In this document: positions 18,962 to 29,929 of the stretch, in pieces | Layout of the letters: each line of letters begins with the position of its first letter | Position numbering within the stretch: the stretch's first letter is position 1 | Assembly: GCA_965216875.1 (NCBI GenBank) | Contig: OZ244207.1 | Span: 2,560,001 to 2,624,000 of the forward strand | From: Rubripirellula sp. | GTDB lineage: Bacteria > Planctomycetota > Planctomycetia > Pirellulales > Pirellulaceae | Length of the DNA: 64,000 nt | Reading direction: 5' to 3' | The notes under the pieces: generated by a model | Told to the model about the DNA's origin: nothing | Database searches by the model: none | What the model saw: only the letters and a program-made list of their open reading frames with translations | Program-made: the position numbers and the translations under genes

Positions 18962-20998
18962 CTAAGGCGTCACCAACAGCACAGGCTTTCCGGGAACGCG
19001 GGCGTTGCCAAACAAGGCGATCGGCCTGAGGCGGATCGGGCCATCGCCATATTTCTTGCGATCCACCTTCAGCGTTCCGCGATTGCCCTCGAGCGTGCCC
19101 ACGATTTCATCATGATGTGCAAGGAGAATCTTGTCTGCATCAGCCATGACCGAAAGCGAAACTTCTGATTCACCCGAAGCGACCGTTGCAATGGGAATTC
19201 GCTCGGTCTCGCCGATGGTGACCAGCTGAGCGAACGAAACGCGAGGCTCAGTCGAATCGAATCCAACCAACGAAGTACGAATCGCAAGCTCGCCGCTGAA
19301 GGCCAACTGTTCGCCCTCTTTTTGGCGGAAGTTGATCTCCACGCGTTTCGTCGCTGCGGAACGATGCACAAGTTTGCCTTCGATAAAGGTTTCAACAAAC
19401 CTTAGGTCCGATGTTTCTCGTTCTGGCTTTTGCCCCTCTATCAGATCCGTTCGAAACTTACCCGCCTCGACGTCCAATTCCGTTCGTGCGCGAAGGCTTG
19501 GCGCACGCGCAAAGGGTTGGGCAAGTGGGTCACCGACCATCAGCAATTGGTATGGCGACGTGATGGAGAGGTAATACGCCTCGATCGCTGTCGCACCCGA
19601 TGCGTAAAAGCCGTACATGATCGGCATCGGAAACTTTGGCTGCAGCGAATAGGGCTCTTCAACCGGTCCCGAAGCCATCGCCGCCCCCGCGTGCAAGAGG
19701 TCCGTTAACTTGGCTTGACTGCTGGTTCCAAAATGGCCGTTAAGGCTGGTCAAGTTGTCGGCGATCGCTCCAGGAACAAACGACCAATCCCTCGGCTCGA
19801 GCCTTGGATTGGCGCTACCGAGCATGAGCCCAACGCAACGACCGGTCCGATTGGGGACATCGGCGTGGATCAGTTCAGCCTTTTGTTCGAGATCGGCGAG
19901 CCAGAGCAGCGCATCACCCACCAACGGGAACCTTGTCGTTGTTCGAACGTCATTGGTGCGAGTGAACCAAAAGTGCGCGTCGGGAAACGTGCGATCGCCT
20001 CGTTTGGCACGGGCCAACACGTCCACCGCTTGATCCACGGTGCTTCCCCGCTCATGAACGACAGCGAGCATGCATGAGAGCATGTAGGGGACGCCTTCGC
20101 CGATTCCCTCGATTGCGTACCCATTGCCAGTCCAACCACGTGTGGCCGAAAACCCAACGGGCAGCTGCGCGATCATTGGCGCATCGGTAAGCCCGCGTAG
20201 AAGCACGCCGTACTCGGGGTTCGACTTCAGTTCCGAAAGCGACTCGGTTTCGGCCAAGTAGGTCGCTGATGACCAACCAGCTCGAACCCCCGCCTTGATC
20301 CACTCCATGGCTCGATCAGCATCCGCCCGTTTCATTTCGGCTTCCGCAGCCTTGATCGCCAGCGGTGCGAGCGGGTATTTCTTGAACAGTGTTTCAAACC
20401 CGTTGAGAGCGTCGGAAGGCTCGTCCTTTGCCAGCGCGTCGAGCGCGTCTTGATAGAGCGTGCGATTGTCACCCTGAAACGGATTGCTGAAATCGCGTTC
20501 GAATTTCCCTCTCGCATAGAGGTTCGAAATCCAATCAAGGTACTGGGCATTGTCGGCCAGAACGAAGCGATACAGGTAAGTTAGCCCGTTGATTGATGCG
20601 ACGGGCCTTTGATACTTGATCTGATTTGGGTCCGTCAGCTGTTTGGTGTGCTCAGAAACATCGACCGAGGTCGGGAAGTCGGCCGAATACGCGATCACTC
20701 GCGCATGACGCCCCAGTCCCCGCGAATTGATCGCTGCAAAAACGGGCTTCAGGATCTTCTCTTTGAAATCACTCAGCCCAATGCGGAGCTCACCTGTCGC
20801 AATGTCATCCAGCACCACCACGTTGGTCGAGGGGATTTGCCGGATTTCGACATAGTGGTTGGCAACCGTTCGGGAGATGTGTGAATCGCCATTGACGACA
20901 ACAATCACGTTTTCGCCACTGAGTCCAGCACATGCCGCGGTCGGCACCATGCTCGCGACCAGGCAAGCGGCAATCCATCGGCAAAGGGCTGTGATCAT
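18962..20998 (-). CDS. Secreted TIGR03790-like protein with helical (TPR-like) insert
   Basis: Signal peptide, ENVIVVVN..S..VANHY...R.IP, FVPGAIADNLTS, GPVEEPY, PYQLLMVGDPL. Confidence 0.65.
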   Translation of the reverse strand: MITALCRWIAACLVASMVPTAACAGLSGENVIVVVNGDSHISRTVANHYVEIRQIPSTNVVVLDDIATGELRIGLSDFKEKILKPVFAAINSRGLGRHARVIAYSADFPTSVDVSEHTKQLTDPNQIKYQRPVASINGLTYLYRFVLADNAQYLDWISNLYARGKFERDFSNPFQGDNRTLYQDALDALAKDEPSDALNGFETLFKKYPLAPLAIKAAEAEMKRADADRAMEWIKAGVRAGWSSATYLAETESLSELKSNPEYGVLLRGLTDAPMIAQLPVGFSATRGWTGNGYAIEGIGEGVPYMLSCMLAVVHERGSTVDQAVDVLARAKRGDRTFPDAHFWFTRTNDVRTTTRFPLVGDALLWLADLEQKAELIHADVPNRTGRCVGLMLGSANPRLEPRDWSFVPGAIADNLTSLNGHFGTSSQAKLTDLLHAGAAMASGPVEEPYSLQPKFPMPIMYGFYASGATAIEAYYLSITSPYQLLMVGDPLAQPFARAPSLRARTELDVEAGKFRTDLIEGQKPERETSDLRFVETFIEGKLVHRSAATKRVEINFRQKEGEQLAFSGELAIRTSLVGFDSTEPRVSFAQLVTIGETERIPIATVASGESEVSLSVMADADKILLAHHDEIVGTLEGNRGTLKVDRKKYGDGPIRLRPIALFGNARVPGKPVLLVTP

Positions 20999-21128
20999 CT
21001 CGATATCGCGGTCGCCACGGGGGTTCGTTTGACAGGAATCGACGGCGTCTACGCACTCGCTGTCGAATCCGCTAGGGTGCTGTCAGATCGATGCAACTAC
21101 CAATCCTCTGGCCAATTCTAGTCATTCT

Positions 21129-21794
21129 TTGCCTGACCCACCGCCCAAGCCGCTGATCAACCCGACGTTCTTGTTTCGGTTCGAAGTCCCATTGCGTCGC
21201 AACGCGTGCAAATGGACGGCCAAGGGGTTGAAGCTTCCCGAGGAGTGTCAGGTGCGATCGTTCGCCGTGCTGAGCGGCGGGCGACCCTTTGCAGACCTGC
21301 GGATGGCCTGGAATCCGGACGGAATCGGCCTGCAACTGTCAGTAAAAAACAAACGCAAATCGCTTTGGTGCCGCGACACGCGGCCAGAGGCAAGCGATGG
21401 GCTGAAGCTGTTCATCGACACGCGATGCAGCCCCAACATTCACCGAGCCACCCAGTTTTGTCATCAGTTCATGTGGATGCCAACGGGCGCAGGTTCGCGT
21501 CGGGACCAGCCATTTGCCGACTTGATTCCGATCGAACGAGCTGGCGGACACCCCAAACCGATTGGCGGAAACGTCCTCAAAATTGCGGCCACACCAAGGC
21601 ATGACGGGTACGAGATGTCGGGCTTCATCCCCGCCGCGGCATTGACTGGCTTTGATCCGACCGACCAACCACGAATCGGACTGTTTTACGTCGTTGCCGA
21701 CCAGGAGTTTGGTTGGCAGATGATGGCCCTCGATGGCGATTACCCATTTGCGGTCGACCCCAGCATGTGGGGTGAAGCTGTCTTGGAGCCGTGA
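21129..21794 (+). CDS. Conserved planctomycete protein, DOMON/CBM9-like fold
   Basis: 221 aa ORF with ADLRMAWN..G, DGLKLFIDTR, HRATQFCHQF and DPSMWG. Confidence 0.6.
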   Translation: MPDPPPKPLINPTFLFRFEVPLRRNACKWTAKGLKLPEECQVRSFAVLSGGRPFADLRMAWNPDGIGLQLSVKNKRKSLWCRDTRPEASDGLKLFIDTRCSPNIHRATQFCHQFMWMPTGAGSRRDQPFADLIPIERAGGHPKPIGGNVLKIAATPRHDGYEMSGFIPAAALTGFDPTDQPRIGLFYVVADQEFGWQMMALDGDYPFAVDPSMWGEAVLEP

Positions 21795-21982
21795 GCAACG
21801 CGACAAAAGCGGGGCGGTTTTCTTGCCCAAATTCGCTCATTTGGCCCGGGCAGGCCGTTACGGAATGGGGTTCGATTTATAGAATTTCGGTAAGTTGTCA
21901 TCGCTGGATGATCGATACAACCCCTACAGCCCCACCACGACCCCTGCTTTGCGGTGCAACTTGAGGCACCGGCGATTCTCAT

Positions 21983-23869
21983 ATGACGGCCCAAACCACT
22001 TCGAAAAACGTCCAGTCGGTCTCAGGAATTACGGTTCGACTCGCGGGCGACTCTGGGGACGGCATGCAATTGCTCGGCACCCAGCTGACCAACACCAGCG
22101 CGCTTGCCGGCAACGACGTCGCCACGTTTCCTGACTTTCCAGCCGAAATTCGAGCTCCGCGCGGCACCCGTGCCGGCGTCTCGGGCTTTCAGGTCCAATT
22201 CGCCAGCGAAGAAATCTTCACGCCGGGCGATATCCTCGATGCGCTGGTGGTGATGAACCCTGCCGCGATGGTCACCAACCTTGGTGATTTGCGCAAGGGA
22301 GGCATTTTGATCGCCAACGAGGACGGCTTTAACGACAAAGAATTCAAGCTGGCCAAGGTCGAGAGCAACCCGCTTGAAGACGAAGTCCTCGAGTCGACCT
22401 ACCGCGTGGTCAAAGTCCCGATGACTCGATTGACCCGCGATGCGGTGGCCGAGTTCGGATTGGGCTCGAAGATCGCCGATCGCTGCAAGAACTTCTTTGC
22501 CATGGGAATGGTCTATTGGCTGTTCGGCCGTTCCCTCGACCCAACCCTTCGCTTCATCAACCAGAAGTTCGGCAAGAAACCCGAGGTCGCTGCGGCAAAC
22601 GAAGCAGCCCTCCGCGCCGGATGGGCCTACGGTGAAACGACCGAAGAGTTTGGCGAGAGCTACCAGGTGACCGCGGCCCAACTCGAGCCTGGCACCTACC
22701 GCAACATCATGGGCAACCAGGCACTTGCCTGGGGACTGATCGCAGCATCCAAACTGAGCGACAAGGATCTCTTTTACGGGACCTACCCGATCACGCCTGC
22801 CAGCGACATCCTGCACGAACTGACCAAGTACAAGAACTTTGGCGTTCGCACCTTCCAAGCCGAAGACGAAATCGCGGCGGTCTGTGCGACGATCGGTGCA
22901 GCGTTCGGCGGAACGATGGGCGTCACGGCCAGCAGCGGACCTGGCATCGCGCTCAAAGGCGAGGGCATGGGTCTGGCGATGATGCTCGAGCTTCCGATGA
23001 TCGTCATCAATGTCCAACGTGGTGGTCCCAGTACCGGCTTACCGACCAAGACCGAACAGAGCGATTTGCTTCAAGGCATGTTTGGCCGCAACGGTGAAGC
23101 GCCGATGCCGGTGCTTGCACCTCGTTCGCCTGGCGATTGCTTTGACATGGCCATCGAAGCTTGGCGAATCGCAACCGAGTGCATGGTTCCGGTCATGCTG
23201 CTTTCGGACGGCTACATCGCAAACGGAAGCGAGCCATGGCGAATCCCGCAAATGGACGAACTGAGTAAGATCGAGGTCAAGCACCCTGAAGGGACAGATC
23301 CCGACGAACCGTTCATGCCGTACGCACGCGACGAAAACCTCGCGCGACCTTGGGCGATCCCTGGCACACCTGGGCTGATGCACCGAGTCGGTGGCCTCGA
23401 AAAAGAAGACGGATCGGGTAACGTTTCCTACGACCCCGACAACCACCAGCACATGACCAACACACGTGCTGACAAGGTTGCCAAGATCGCCGACCGAATT
23501 CCCGAGCAGGACATCTTCGGCGATTCCAGCGGCGACGTCCTGGTCGTTTCTTGGGGCGGTACCTATGGTGCCTGCCACACGGCGGTTCGGCGCTGTCGCG
23601 AAGCAGGGCACAGCGTTTCGCACGCCCACATTCGCTACCTCAATCCCTTCCCCAAGAACCTAGGCGAAATGCTCCGCTCGTTCGACAAAGTCGTCGTGCC
23701 CGAGTTGAACACGGGACAATTGCGAATGCTGCTGCGATCCGAATTCCTGGTCGATTGCATCGGCTTCAACAAAGTCCAAGGCAAACCCTTCCGCGTGACC
23801 GAACTGGTCGAAGCGATTGAATCGCACGTTAAGCCAGCGACCGTCAAGCAAACCAGCAAAGCAGGCTGA
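21983..23869 (+). CDS. korA: 2-oxoacid:ferredoxin oxidoreductase alpha subunit (fused gamma-alpha)
   Basis: AGDSGDGMQL, YPITPAS, QAEDEIAA, QRGGPSTGLPTKTEQSD. Confidence 0.93.
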   Translation: MTAQTTSKNVQSVSGITVRLAGDSGDGMQLLGTQLTNTSALAGNDVATFPDFPAEIRAPRGTRAGVSGFQVQFASEEIFTPGDILDALVVMNPAAMVTNLGDLRKGGILIANEDGFNDKEFKLAKVESNPLEDEVLESTYRVVKVPMTRLTRDAVAEFGLGSKIADRCKNFFAMGMVYWLFGRSLDPTLRFINQKFGKKPEVAAANEAALRAGWAYGETTEEFGESYQVTAAQLEPGTYRNIMGNQALAWGLIAASKLSDKDLFYGTYPITPASDILHELTKYKNFGVRTFQAEDEIAAVCATIGAAFGGTMGVTASSGPGIALKGEGMGLAMMLELPMIVINVQRGGPSTGLPTKTEQSDLLQGMFGRNGEAPMPVLAPRSPGDCFDMAIEAWRIATECMVPVMLLSDGYIANGSEPWRIPQMDELSKIEVKHPEGTDPDEPFMPYARDENLARPWAIPGTPGLMHRVGGLEKEDGSGNVSYDPDNHQHMTNTRADKVAKIADRIPEQDIFGDSSGDVLVVSWGGTYGACHTAVRRCREAGHSVSHAHIRYLNPFPKNLGEMLRSFDKVVVPELNTGQLRMLLRSEFLVDCIGFNKVQGKPFRVTELVEAIESHVKPATVKQTSKAG

Positions 23870-23956
23870 GCCTGATCGCAAACCAATTCACGCCGCTCAC
23901 GACGTGAATGCAAGCCACCAACACACCTCTACTTCCCAAGACTCGCGCTCAATCCG

Positions 23957-24967
23957 ATGACTCTGCCCGTCCTGAAAGCTGCTGACTTCGCCTCTGACCA
24001 AGACGTCCGTTGGTGCCCCGGTTGCGGTGACTATTCGATCCTCGCTCAGATGAAGAAGGTGCTGCCCGATCTCGGCGTCCCACGCGAAAAGATCGTTTTC
24101 ATCAGCGGCATCGGCTGCAGCAGCCGCTTCCCGTACTACATGAACACTTACGGGATGCACAGCATTCACGGCCGTGCACCTGCGTTTGCGACCGGCCTCA
24201 AGTCGACGCGTCCCGACCTGATGGTTTGGGTGATCACCGGCGATGGCGACTCGCTGTCAATTGGCGGCAACCACTTCATCCACGCTTTGCGGCGTAACCT
24301 GGACATCAACATCGTCCTGTTCAACAACCGCATCTACGGTTTGACCAAAGGCCAATACAGCCCAACCAGCCGCGAAGGACAAGTGACCAAGAGCACGCCG
24401 ATGGGATCGATCGACCATCCGCTCAGCCCGCTGTCGGTCGCGCTCGCCGCGGAGGCCACCTTTGTTGCGCGCAGCATCGACGGCCATGTCAAACACTTGG
24501 GCGAAACACTCAAGCGAGCCGCCGATCACAAAGGCGCGTCACTCGTCGAGGTCTATCAAAACTGCAATGTCTTCAACGACGGCGCGATGGCCTACGCCCA
24601 AGATCGTAAGCAGCGTCCGGAGAACGTGGTCGAACTTGAACACGGCAAGCCGCTGATTTTCGGAACCAACAAAGACAAAGGCATCCGCTTGGTTGGCACT
24701 CGGCTTGAAGTCGTCAATACTGCGGATGTCCCCGCCGACGACCTGTTGATTCATGACGAGAAGGAGCCGAATCCTTCGATCCACATGATGATGGCTCGCA
24801 TGTCCCATCCTGAAATGCCCGAACCGATCGGCGTCCTGCGGGCGGTCGAAGGCGTCGCAACCTACGACGACCAAATCAACGCGCAAGTCGAACAGGCCAC
24901 CGAAGCCAAAGGTGAGGGAGACCTGCAAGCGTTGTTCAGTGCTGGCGACACCTGGGACGTCGCGTAG
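23957..24967 (+). CDS. korB: 2-oxoacid:ferredoxin oxidoreductase beta subunit
   Basis: WCPGCGD, SGIGCSSR, TPP motif GDGDSLSIGGNH...NNRIYGLTKGQ. Confidence 0.94.
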   Translation: MTLPVLKAADFASDQDVRWCPGCGDYSILAQMKKVLPDLGVPREKIVFISGIGCSSRFPYYMNTYGMHSIHGRAPAFATGLKSTRPDLMVWVITGDGDSLSIGGNHFIHALRRNLDINIVLFNNRIYGLTKGQYSPTSREGQVTKSTPMGSIDHPLSPLSVALAAEATFVARSIDGHVKHLGETLKRAADHKGASLVEVYQNCNVFNDGAMAYAQDRKQRPENVVELEHGKPLIFGTNKDKGIRLVGTRLEVVNTADVPADDLLIHDEKEPNPSIHMMMARMSHPEMPEPIGVLRAVEGVATYDDQINAQVEQATEAKGEGDLQALFSAGDTWDVA

Positions 24968-25009
24968 CGTTGTTGCCCTGCTCGTAGCACCAAGCGTTGG
25001 CCGGAAAAA

Positions 25010-27517
25010 CTACGCAAGGGCGACTTTCCCACGTTTCTTGCGCCAGACGCTGGCCGCGAACACCAAGATCGCAATCCATCCGATGCCGCAAACCGGAAGC
25101 GCCCAACGCACCCATTTCGGCTCATACCGGAATCGCAGTTCCCAATCTCCTGGCGGAACAACGACGCCCTGTTTCAAGTAGTCGACCGCAAAAACCTCGG
25201 TTGGCTGCCAAGCCTCGGATTCGCCCCTGGTTCGATAGCTTGCGATCCAGTTCCCATCTTGGAACACCGTTCGCTCGACAAGCATCGGGCGCGCCGAGCC
25301 CACCTCGATCACGCAGGATTCGGCGCGCGACTCGGTCACCTCAAAGCCCATCGACTCGTCGTCACTTTCGATCGGTTTGGGAGCGTCCGCAGGAAGGTTC
25401 GGCAGCAATTCGCCACCACCCACGCGACGCAAGAGCTCTCCCATTCCCGACTCACCAACGAGTTCACGGTTGCTCCACAGCAGATGAACGCGTACCGGTT
25501 CGGGAATGTCGACTTGATGGCTTTTTGCATCAACCAGGACCCTCGTCTTACCATCGATGTCGACGCGTTGACTCTTGTCTGTTGTATGCAACACGCGATC
25601 GACCCCAAGCCAGCGACGAACGTTGTGCCAATAGCGATCGATCTCGTGTTGAGGTCGACCACGCGTCACCGCCGCACTTTGTCGCCAAAACCATTGCATC
25701 GGACGACTTTGGATCGATGTCATGTTGTTGAGTACCCGTTGACGCTGCTCAAGGTGCCAGCGTCCAAACCACACGCCGCGAACACTCGCTTCGACATCAG
25801 CAAGTCGATCATCCGAACGGGTTTCTCGCCAGTCTTTCGGCCATCCACCCTGCGATTGGGTCCGCATCCAAAGCGACGACTCCGAACCAGGCTCGACTTT
25901 GATCGCGTCGACGAGTGCGATTTCAGATTGGGTTGGCACGCGATAAACCAACCGCCGTGCGGAAAGGGCAAGGTCAAGCAAGACGACGCCAAGCAGCAGA
26001 AGCTGGAGCGTCCGTAATGCGGCCGAGCCATGGAAACGACGTATCACAAGTAGCATCAGCGAGATCGCAATCGACGATTGCACCAGCGAAAGTGCAACCT
26101 CGCGGAACCCACCTGCAACATCAAGCGGTCCCCAAAAACGATCGTAAGGAACGGCGCTGACCCTGCCCAAAACGCCATCGGTTCGCATCGCAAACACCGC
26201 AGCCAAGCACGCAGCTGCCGAAAGTGAAAGCAGCAAAACGAGGTTCACCGATCGGAACAATCGGAGGTCGCGGCGGAGCCCCCGATCGAGCCAGGTTGCC
26301 GTCGTGACCGCACCACCCAACGCAACAAAGGGCAACCATTTGGTGGGATAGCGAAAGGCTTCGTAGCCTGGCAGAAACTGATTCAAGAACCAGTAGGGAC
26401 CTCCCACCGCGCTGTCCGCGCCGTCAAGGACTCCGACGGTATTTTGAAGCAACCAAACCAAGCCAAAATGGCCAAACGAAGCGAGCAGTCCGAAGGCGGC
26501 GATGCCCAGCCACAGATCAACACGGTCTCGACGAATTCGAATGAACCGCACCAACATGACTGCGGCAACCAAAACGCTCATGTAGATGGTCGGTGTCCAC
26601 ATCCGTCCGTCACCAGGCACGAGCCCGCTGATGCGGCGACTCTCTGGCAACAGGCTACCCGAAGCGTTTGGTGTCAAGAGTTCGGCGGCGTGCCAGGGCG
26701 GTAACGAGAACTGATAGGCTTCGTGCCGACGGCTATCCACGCGCGGCGGGCCAAAACGCACTCCCACATCCTTGCCGACTCGATCGCTCTGCCGACTCCA
26801 ATCGATCGACGCACAAACCTGAGGCAAGGACAGAACCATCGCGATGACCGGAACACTAAGGAGCACGAGCAACTGACGGCCGGTTTCGGGTTGCCGCTTG
26901 CAACAGCGGATCAGCCATGCGCCGAAGACGACCAACATCGCGTGCAGTGCGATTTGGGGGTCGCCACCGAGCACCATCATCGCCATCGCCAAACTTGGCC
27001 ACAAAACGCGAACCGACGGCGTGAGCATTCGCGTGCACAAAAGAGGTCCAAGCACCAACGGCAACCAAGCGGCCCCCACCAGAAAAGGCGGGTTCGTGTA
27101 AAGAAACAGGACCGAGCCTGAAAGCGGATAGATGGCTGCCGAAAAGTTGGCCGCAAGTTTTGACGCACCGGCCAGACGCGCGCAGTGCCTGGCTGAAGCT
27201 GCGGCAAGCACAAGGTGAATGGCCACGTACAACGCCATCGCCGAGCCGGCCGACATTGGCATCATGTAGACAAGGATCCGTAGCGGATAAAAGAACGCCG
27301 TGGTTGATTCGCCAACCAACGGAACGCCGGTTTGATCAAGCGGGTTCCAAAGTGGCAACCACTGCTGCGACGCACGATCGGCAATGTAATCGTACAGCGG
27401 AGTGTAGAAATGACTGACGTCCCGGAACGCCAATCGTTCAATCCCCAGAATACTGCCGGCAAACAGAAAGCCGATGACAACCGGGGCCGCCAGGACGCTT
27501 GTGCGAGAGAAATGCAT
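25010..27517 (-). CDS. YfhO-like polytopic membrane protein (GT-C-type glycosyltransferase candidate)
   Basis: PLWNP...G.P...FYPL N-terminus, FRYPTKW, C-terminal GVVVPPGDWELRFRYEP plus TM. Confidence 0.7.
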   Translation of the reverse strand: MHFSRTSVLAAPVVIGFLFAGSILGIERLAFRDVSHFYTPLYDYIADRASQQWLPLWNPLDQTGVPLVGESTTAFFYPLRILVYMMPMSAGSAMALYVAIHLVLAAASARHCARLAGASKLAANFSAAIYPLSGSVLFLYTNPPFLVGAAWLPLVLGPLLCTRMLTPSVRVLWPSLAMAMMVLGGDPQIALHAMLVVFGAWLIRCCKRQPETGRQLLVLLSVPVIAMVLSLPQVCASIDWSRQSDRVGKDVGVRFGPPRVDSRRHEAYQFSLPPWHAAELLTPNASGSLLPESRRISGLVPGDGRMWTPTIYMSVLVAAVMLVRFIRIRRDRVDLWLGIAAFGLLASFGHFGLVWLLQNTVGVLDGADSAVGGPYWFLNQFLPGYEAFRYPTKWLPFVALGGAVTTATWLDRGLRRDLRLFRSVNLVLLLSLSAAACLAAVFAMRTDGVLGRVSAVPYDRFWGPLDVAGGFREVALSLVQSSIAISLMLLVIRRFHGSAALRTLQLLLLGVVLLDLALSARRLVYRVPTQSEIALVDAIKVEPGSESSLWMRTQSQGGWPKDWRETRSDDRLADVEASVRGVWFGRWHLEQRQRVLNNMTSIQSRPMQWFWRQSAAVTRGRPQHEIDRYWHNVRRWLGVDRVLHTTDKSQRVDIDGKTRVLVDAKSHQVDIPEPVRVHLLWSNRELVGESGMGELLRRVGGGELLPNLPADAPKPIESDDESMGFEVTESRAESCVIEVGSARPMLVERTVFQDGNWIASYRTRGESEAWQPTEVFAVDYLKQGVVVPPGDWELRFRYEPKWVRWALPVCGIGWIAILVFAASVWRKKRGKVALA

Positions 27518-27556
27518 GGCGAACGGCGTGGAGCAAAAAGAGACGACGTAGAAGGA

Positions 27557-27991
27557 CTAGCGAGGGGCGGTGACGACTCCCGCTTGAGACTGCAGCCGCA
27601 GGGCATCGGCCCGCTGCATCACGGCGTCGGTTGGCTCCATGGTTTTGGGCACGAGTTCCACATCGATGATCCGCTCGTCACGAATCTCGCCAGGCCAAAG
27701 GGTCTCGGCGACAAAGTCGATACCGGGGTATTGGTACCAGGGAGGATTGATCCGGCGGCGAATGGTTTCCGTTCGATAGCCTTCCTTCTCGATCCGAATC
27801 TCGCGAGTCCCATAGTAAACGAAACTTGACGCAGCGGGAGTCGTACCGATGACTTGATTGTCGATCGACACCACCGCTCCAGGTGGGTTGGTTCGAACCG
27901 TCATCCGCCGACGCACGCACCCAACCGAACTGAGCAACATCGTTGCGATCAGCAGCAGGAACGGAGATCGGAATCGGCGACAAAAACTCAC
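27557..27991 (-). CDS. PEGA domain lipoprotein
   Basis: Lipobox-like LSSVGC, then VRTNPPGAVVSID...IGTTP...IEKEGY. GTG start at 27991 after GGGAG. Confidence 0.8.
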   Translation of the reverse strand: MSFCRRFRSPFLLLIATMLLSSVGCVRRRMTVRTNPPGAVVSIDNQVIGTTPAASSFVYYGTREIRIEKEGYRTETIRRRINPPWYQYPGIDFVAETLWPGEIRDERIIDVELVPKTMEPTDAVMQRADALRLQSQAGVVTAPR

Positions 27992-28140
27992 GCGGGGTGG
28001 CTCCCGTGGTCTGGCGAGGAATTCGAATTCAGGCGTTCTGGATGAAGTAACAAGCCGCCGCCCGCCGTCGCCAGACCGTTTTGCCACCTTTCGAGTTTCA
28101 CGCCCAATCGCGCCGAAGGGCGAGACAACAAACGGTGAAA

Positions 28141-28181
28141 ATGCCGGATCAGCGTCGCTGTCGCTCCTTGATCCGGCCTAC
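28141..28181 (-). repeat. REP family A copy (reverse orientation)
   Basis: TGCCGGATCAGCGTCGCTGTCGCTCCTTGATCCGGCCTAC, just downstream of the oleC-like stop. Confidence 0.85.
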
Positions 28182-28201
28182 CGCGATCACCGCGTGACGA
28201 A

Positions 28202-29929
28202 TCACGACGTCTGGTTCAGCTCGGCGGTGAGCTGTTCGCGAAAGATCTTGCTGTTGTGGCGAATGTCGACCGGAAGCGGTGTGTCGCGTATCACCACTTC
28301 TTCGATGCACCGAGTCAGTGGATTGCGAGATGCGAGTTCCAACAACTCTTCTCGCAGCTGTTGCCGCTCGCCTTCCGTGTTTGGTCGTTTTTCTTCAAAA
28401 GGCTGGACGATCACGACCGGAATCTGGTTTGGCCGCTCACCTCGAGGGACAAGTGCCGAGCGGTAGACCGACGGGTGATTGTTGAAAATCGCTTCGCACG
28501 GAACGGTGAACAAGGTTCGCTTGCCCATTTCGACGCGATGCGCTTTGCGGCCGCAAAACCAAAACCGATCGCGTTGATCCAGATAGCCGACATCACCCAT
28601 ACGATGCCAAACTCGCTCGCCATCTGCGACCTTGTGCATCGGGTTTTGGTCTTCGCGAACGACATACTTGCGAGTCACCATCGGACCGGTGACCATCAAT
28701 TCGCCAATCTTGCCCCGGGCCACTTCTTTGGTCTGACTGATGTCGGTGATTGGTCCATCTTCGATTTCAATCACGCGCCAAACAACATCATCAAACCGCG
28801 TTCCCACGCAGGTCCCCTTGCCTTTTCCGGATGCAGGCCCCGTTTCGGCGATAATCTCGCGTGATTCGATCGAAGCGATCGGCAATGCCTCGGTCGCTCC
28901 ATAGGGTGTCACGATCATCGCGTCCTCGGCAACGCGCGTCCGCAAGCTTTCAAGCGTCACCGCCGGCACAGGCGCTCCCGCAGAGAGCACACGCTCGAGG
29001 GTCGGAAAGGGTGGCGTATCCGATTTCCAATGCTTGTCACACCAACGAACGACCGTGTTCCAAAGCGCCGGTGAACCGAACGCTTGATCAATCTCCCACT
29101 GCTGCGCCGCTTCAATCAAACGTTGCGGGTTCACATCCGCCGGTCGCGTCGGATCCATATCTGGAATGATCGTCGTGACCCCCATCACCGCATCGAACAA
29201 TCCGAACAACGGAAAGCAAGCGAGGTCACGACTACCACGATGAATGTCGTACCGCTCGCGAATGCGATCGATTTGCGCGTGAAAGGTTTGATGAGTGTAC
29301 AGCACGCCTTTGGGCGGCCCGGTGCTGCCAGTGGTGAAGATCACCGCCGCATCATCGCTCCGCTGGACTTCCGGAAACTCAACATTCGATTGAGCCCCCA
29401 GCTGTTGAAGTTGCGAAAGCGTCTTCCCACCCCAAAACCAACGGCGACCAACAGTGACATTCCACTTTGCGTTTGGAAACCGTTTCCGAAGCACCGTTCG
29501 AATCGCTTGCGCTTTAGGAATCCCAACAAAACCATCTGGCTTGGCGTCCGAAATGCACTTCACCAAGTGCTTGCGTCCCATGCCTGGGTCGACCAAGACC
29601 GCGACAACGCCCGCTTTCAGCAACGCAAAGACGATTTCGATGAAGCCTGCACCAAAAGGAACAAGCATCACGAGCCGCATTCCGGGCTTCACGCCCCACT
29701 GCAACAAACCCTTGGCAATTTCGTCACTGCGCTGATCCAAACTGCCAAAGGTCGTCAGCGAATAGCTGCGAGCGCCATCAAGCTGTGGCGGCCCATCAGG
29801 CTGTGCAATCGCAACCGCACCTGGTGCCAGCGCGGTCACGACACGCAATCGTTGGGCAACGTTGCCGTCGGAAACAACAGAGCCAGCCTTCGAAATGCCG
29901 CCGCCCGCTGCAGGTGCCGGATCGCTCAT
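28202..29929 (-). CDS. AMP-dependent synthetase, OleC (olefin beta-lactone synthetase)-like
   Basis: VLVDPGMG, FTTGSTGPPKGV, FPLFGLF, IPDMDPTRPA, TPYGATEALP, WHRMGD, PVDIRHNSKIFRE (OleC-type C-terminus). Confidence 0.85.
   Translation of the reverse strand: MSDPAPAAGGGISKAGSVVSDGNVAQRLRVVTALAPGAVAIAQPDGPPQLDGARSYSLTTFGSLDQRSDEIAKGLLQWGVKPGMRLVMLVPFGAGFIEIVFALLKAGVVAVLVDPGMGRKHLVKCISDAKPDGFVGIPKAQAIRTVLRKRFPNAKWNVTVGRRWFWGGKTLSQLQQLGAQSNVEFPEVQRSDDAAVIFTTGSTGPPKGVLYTHQTFHAQIDRIRERYDIHRGSRDLACFPLFGLFDAVMGVTTIIPDMDPTRPADVNPQRLIEAAQQWEIDQAFGSPALWNTVVRWCDKHWKSDTPPFPTLERVLSAGAPVPAVTLESLRTRVAEDAMIVTPYGATEALPIASIESREIIAETGPASGKGKGTCVGTRFDDVVWRVIEIEDGPITDISQTKEVARGKIGELMVTGPMVTRKYVVREDQNPMHKVADGERVWHRMGDVGYLDQRDRFWFCGRKAHRVEMGKRTLFTVPCEAIFNNHPSVYRSALVPRGERPNQIPVVIVQPFEEKRPNTEGERQQLREELLELASRNPLTRCIEEVVIRDTPLPVDIRHNSKIFREQLTAELNQTS

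Noticed and set aside
22022..23017. 331-aa minus-strand ORF (likewise 40559-41524, 36120-37010, 29084-30010, 50508-51389)
   Set aside because: Antisense shadows of korA, the GPH transporter, nadA, the oleC-like gene and PP2C.
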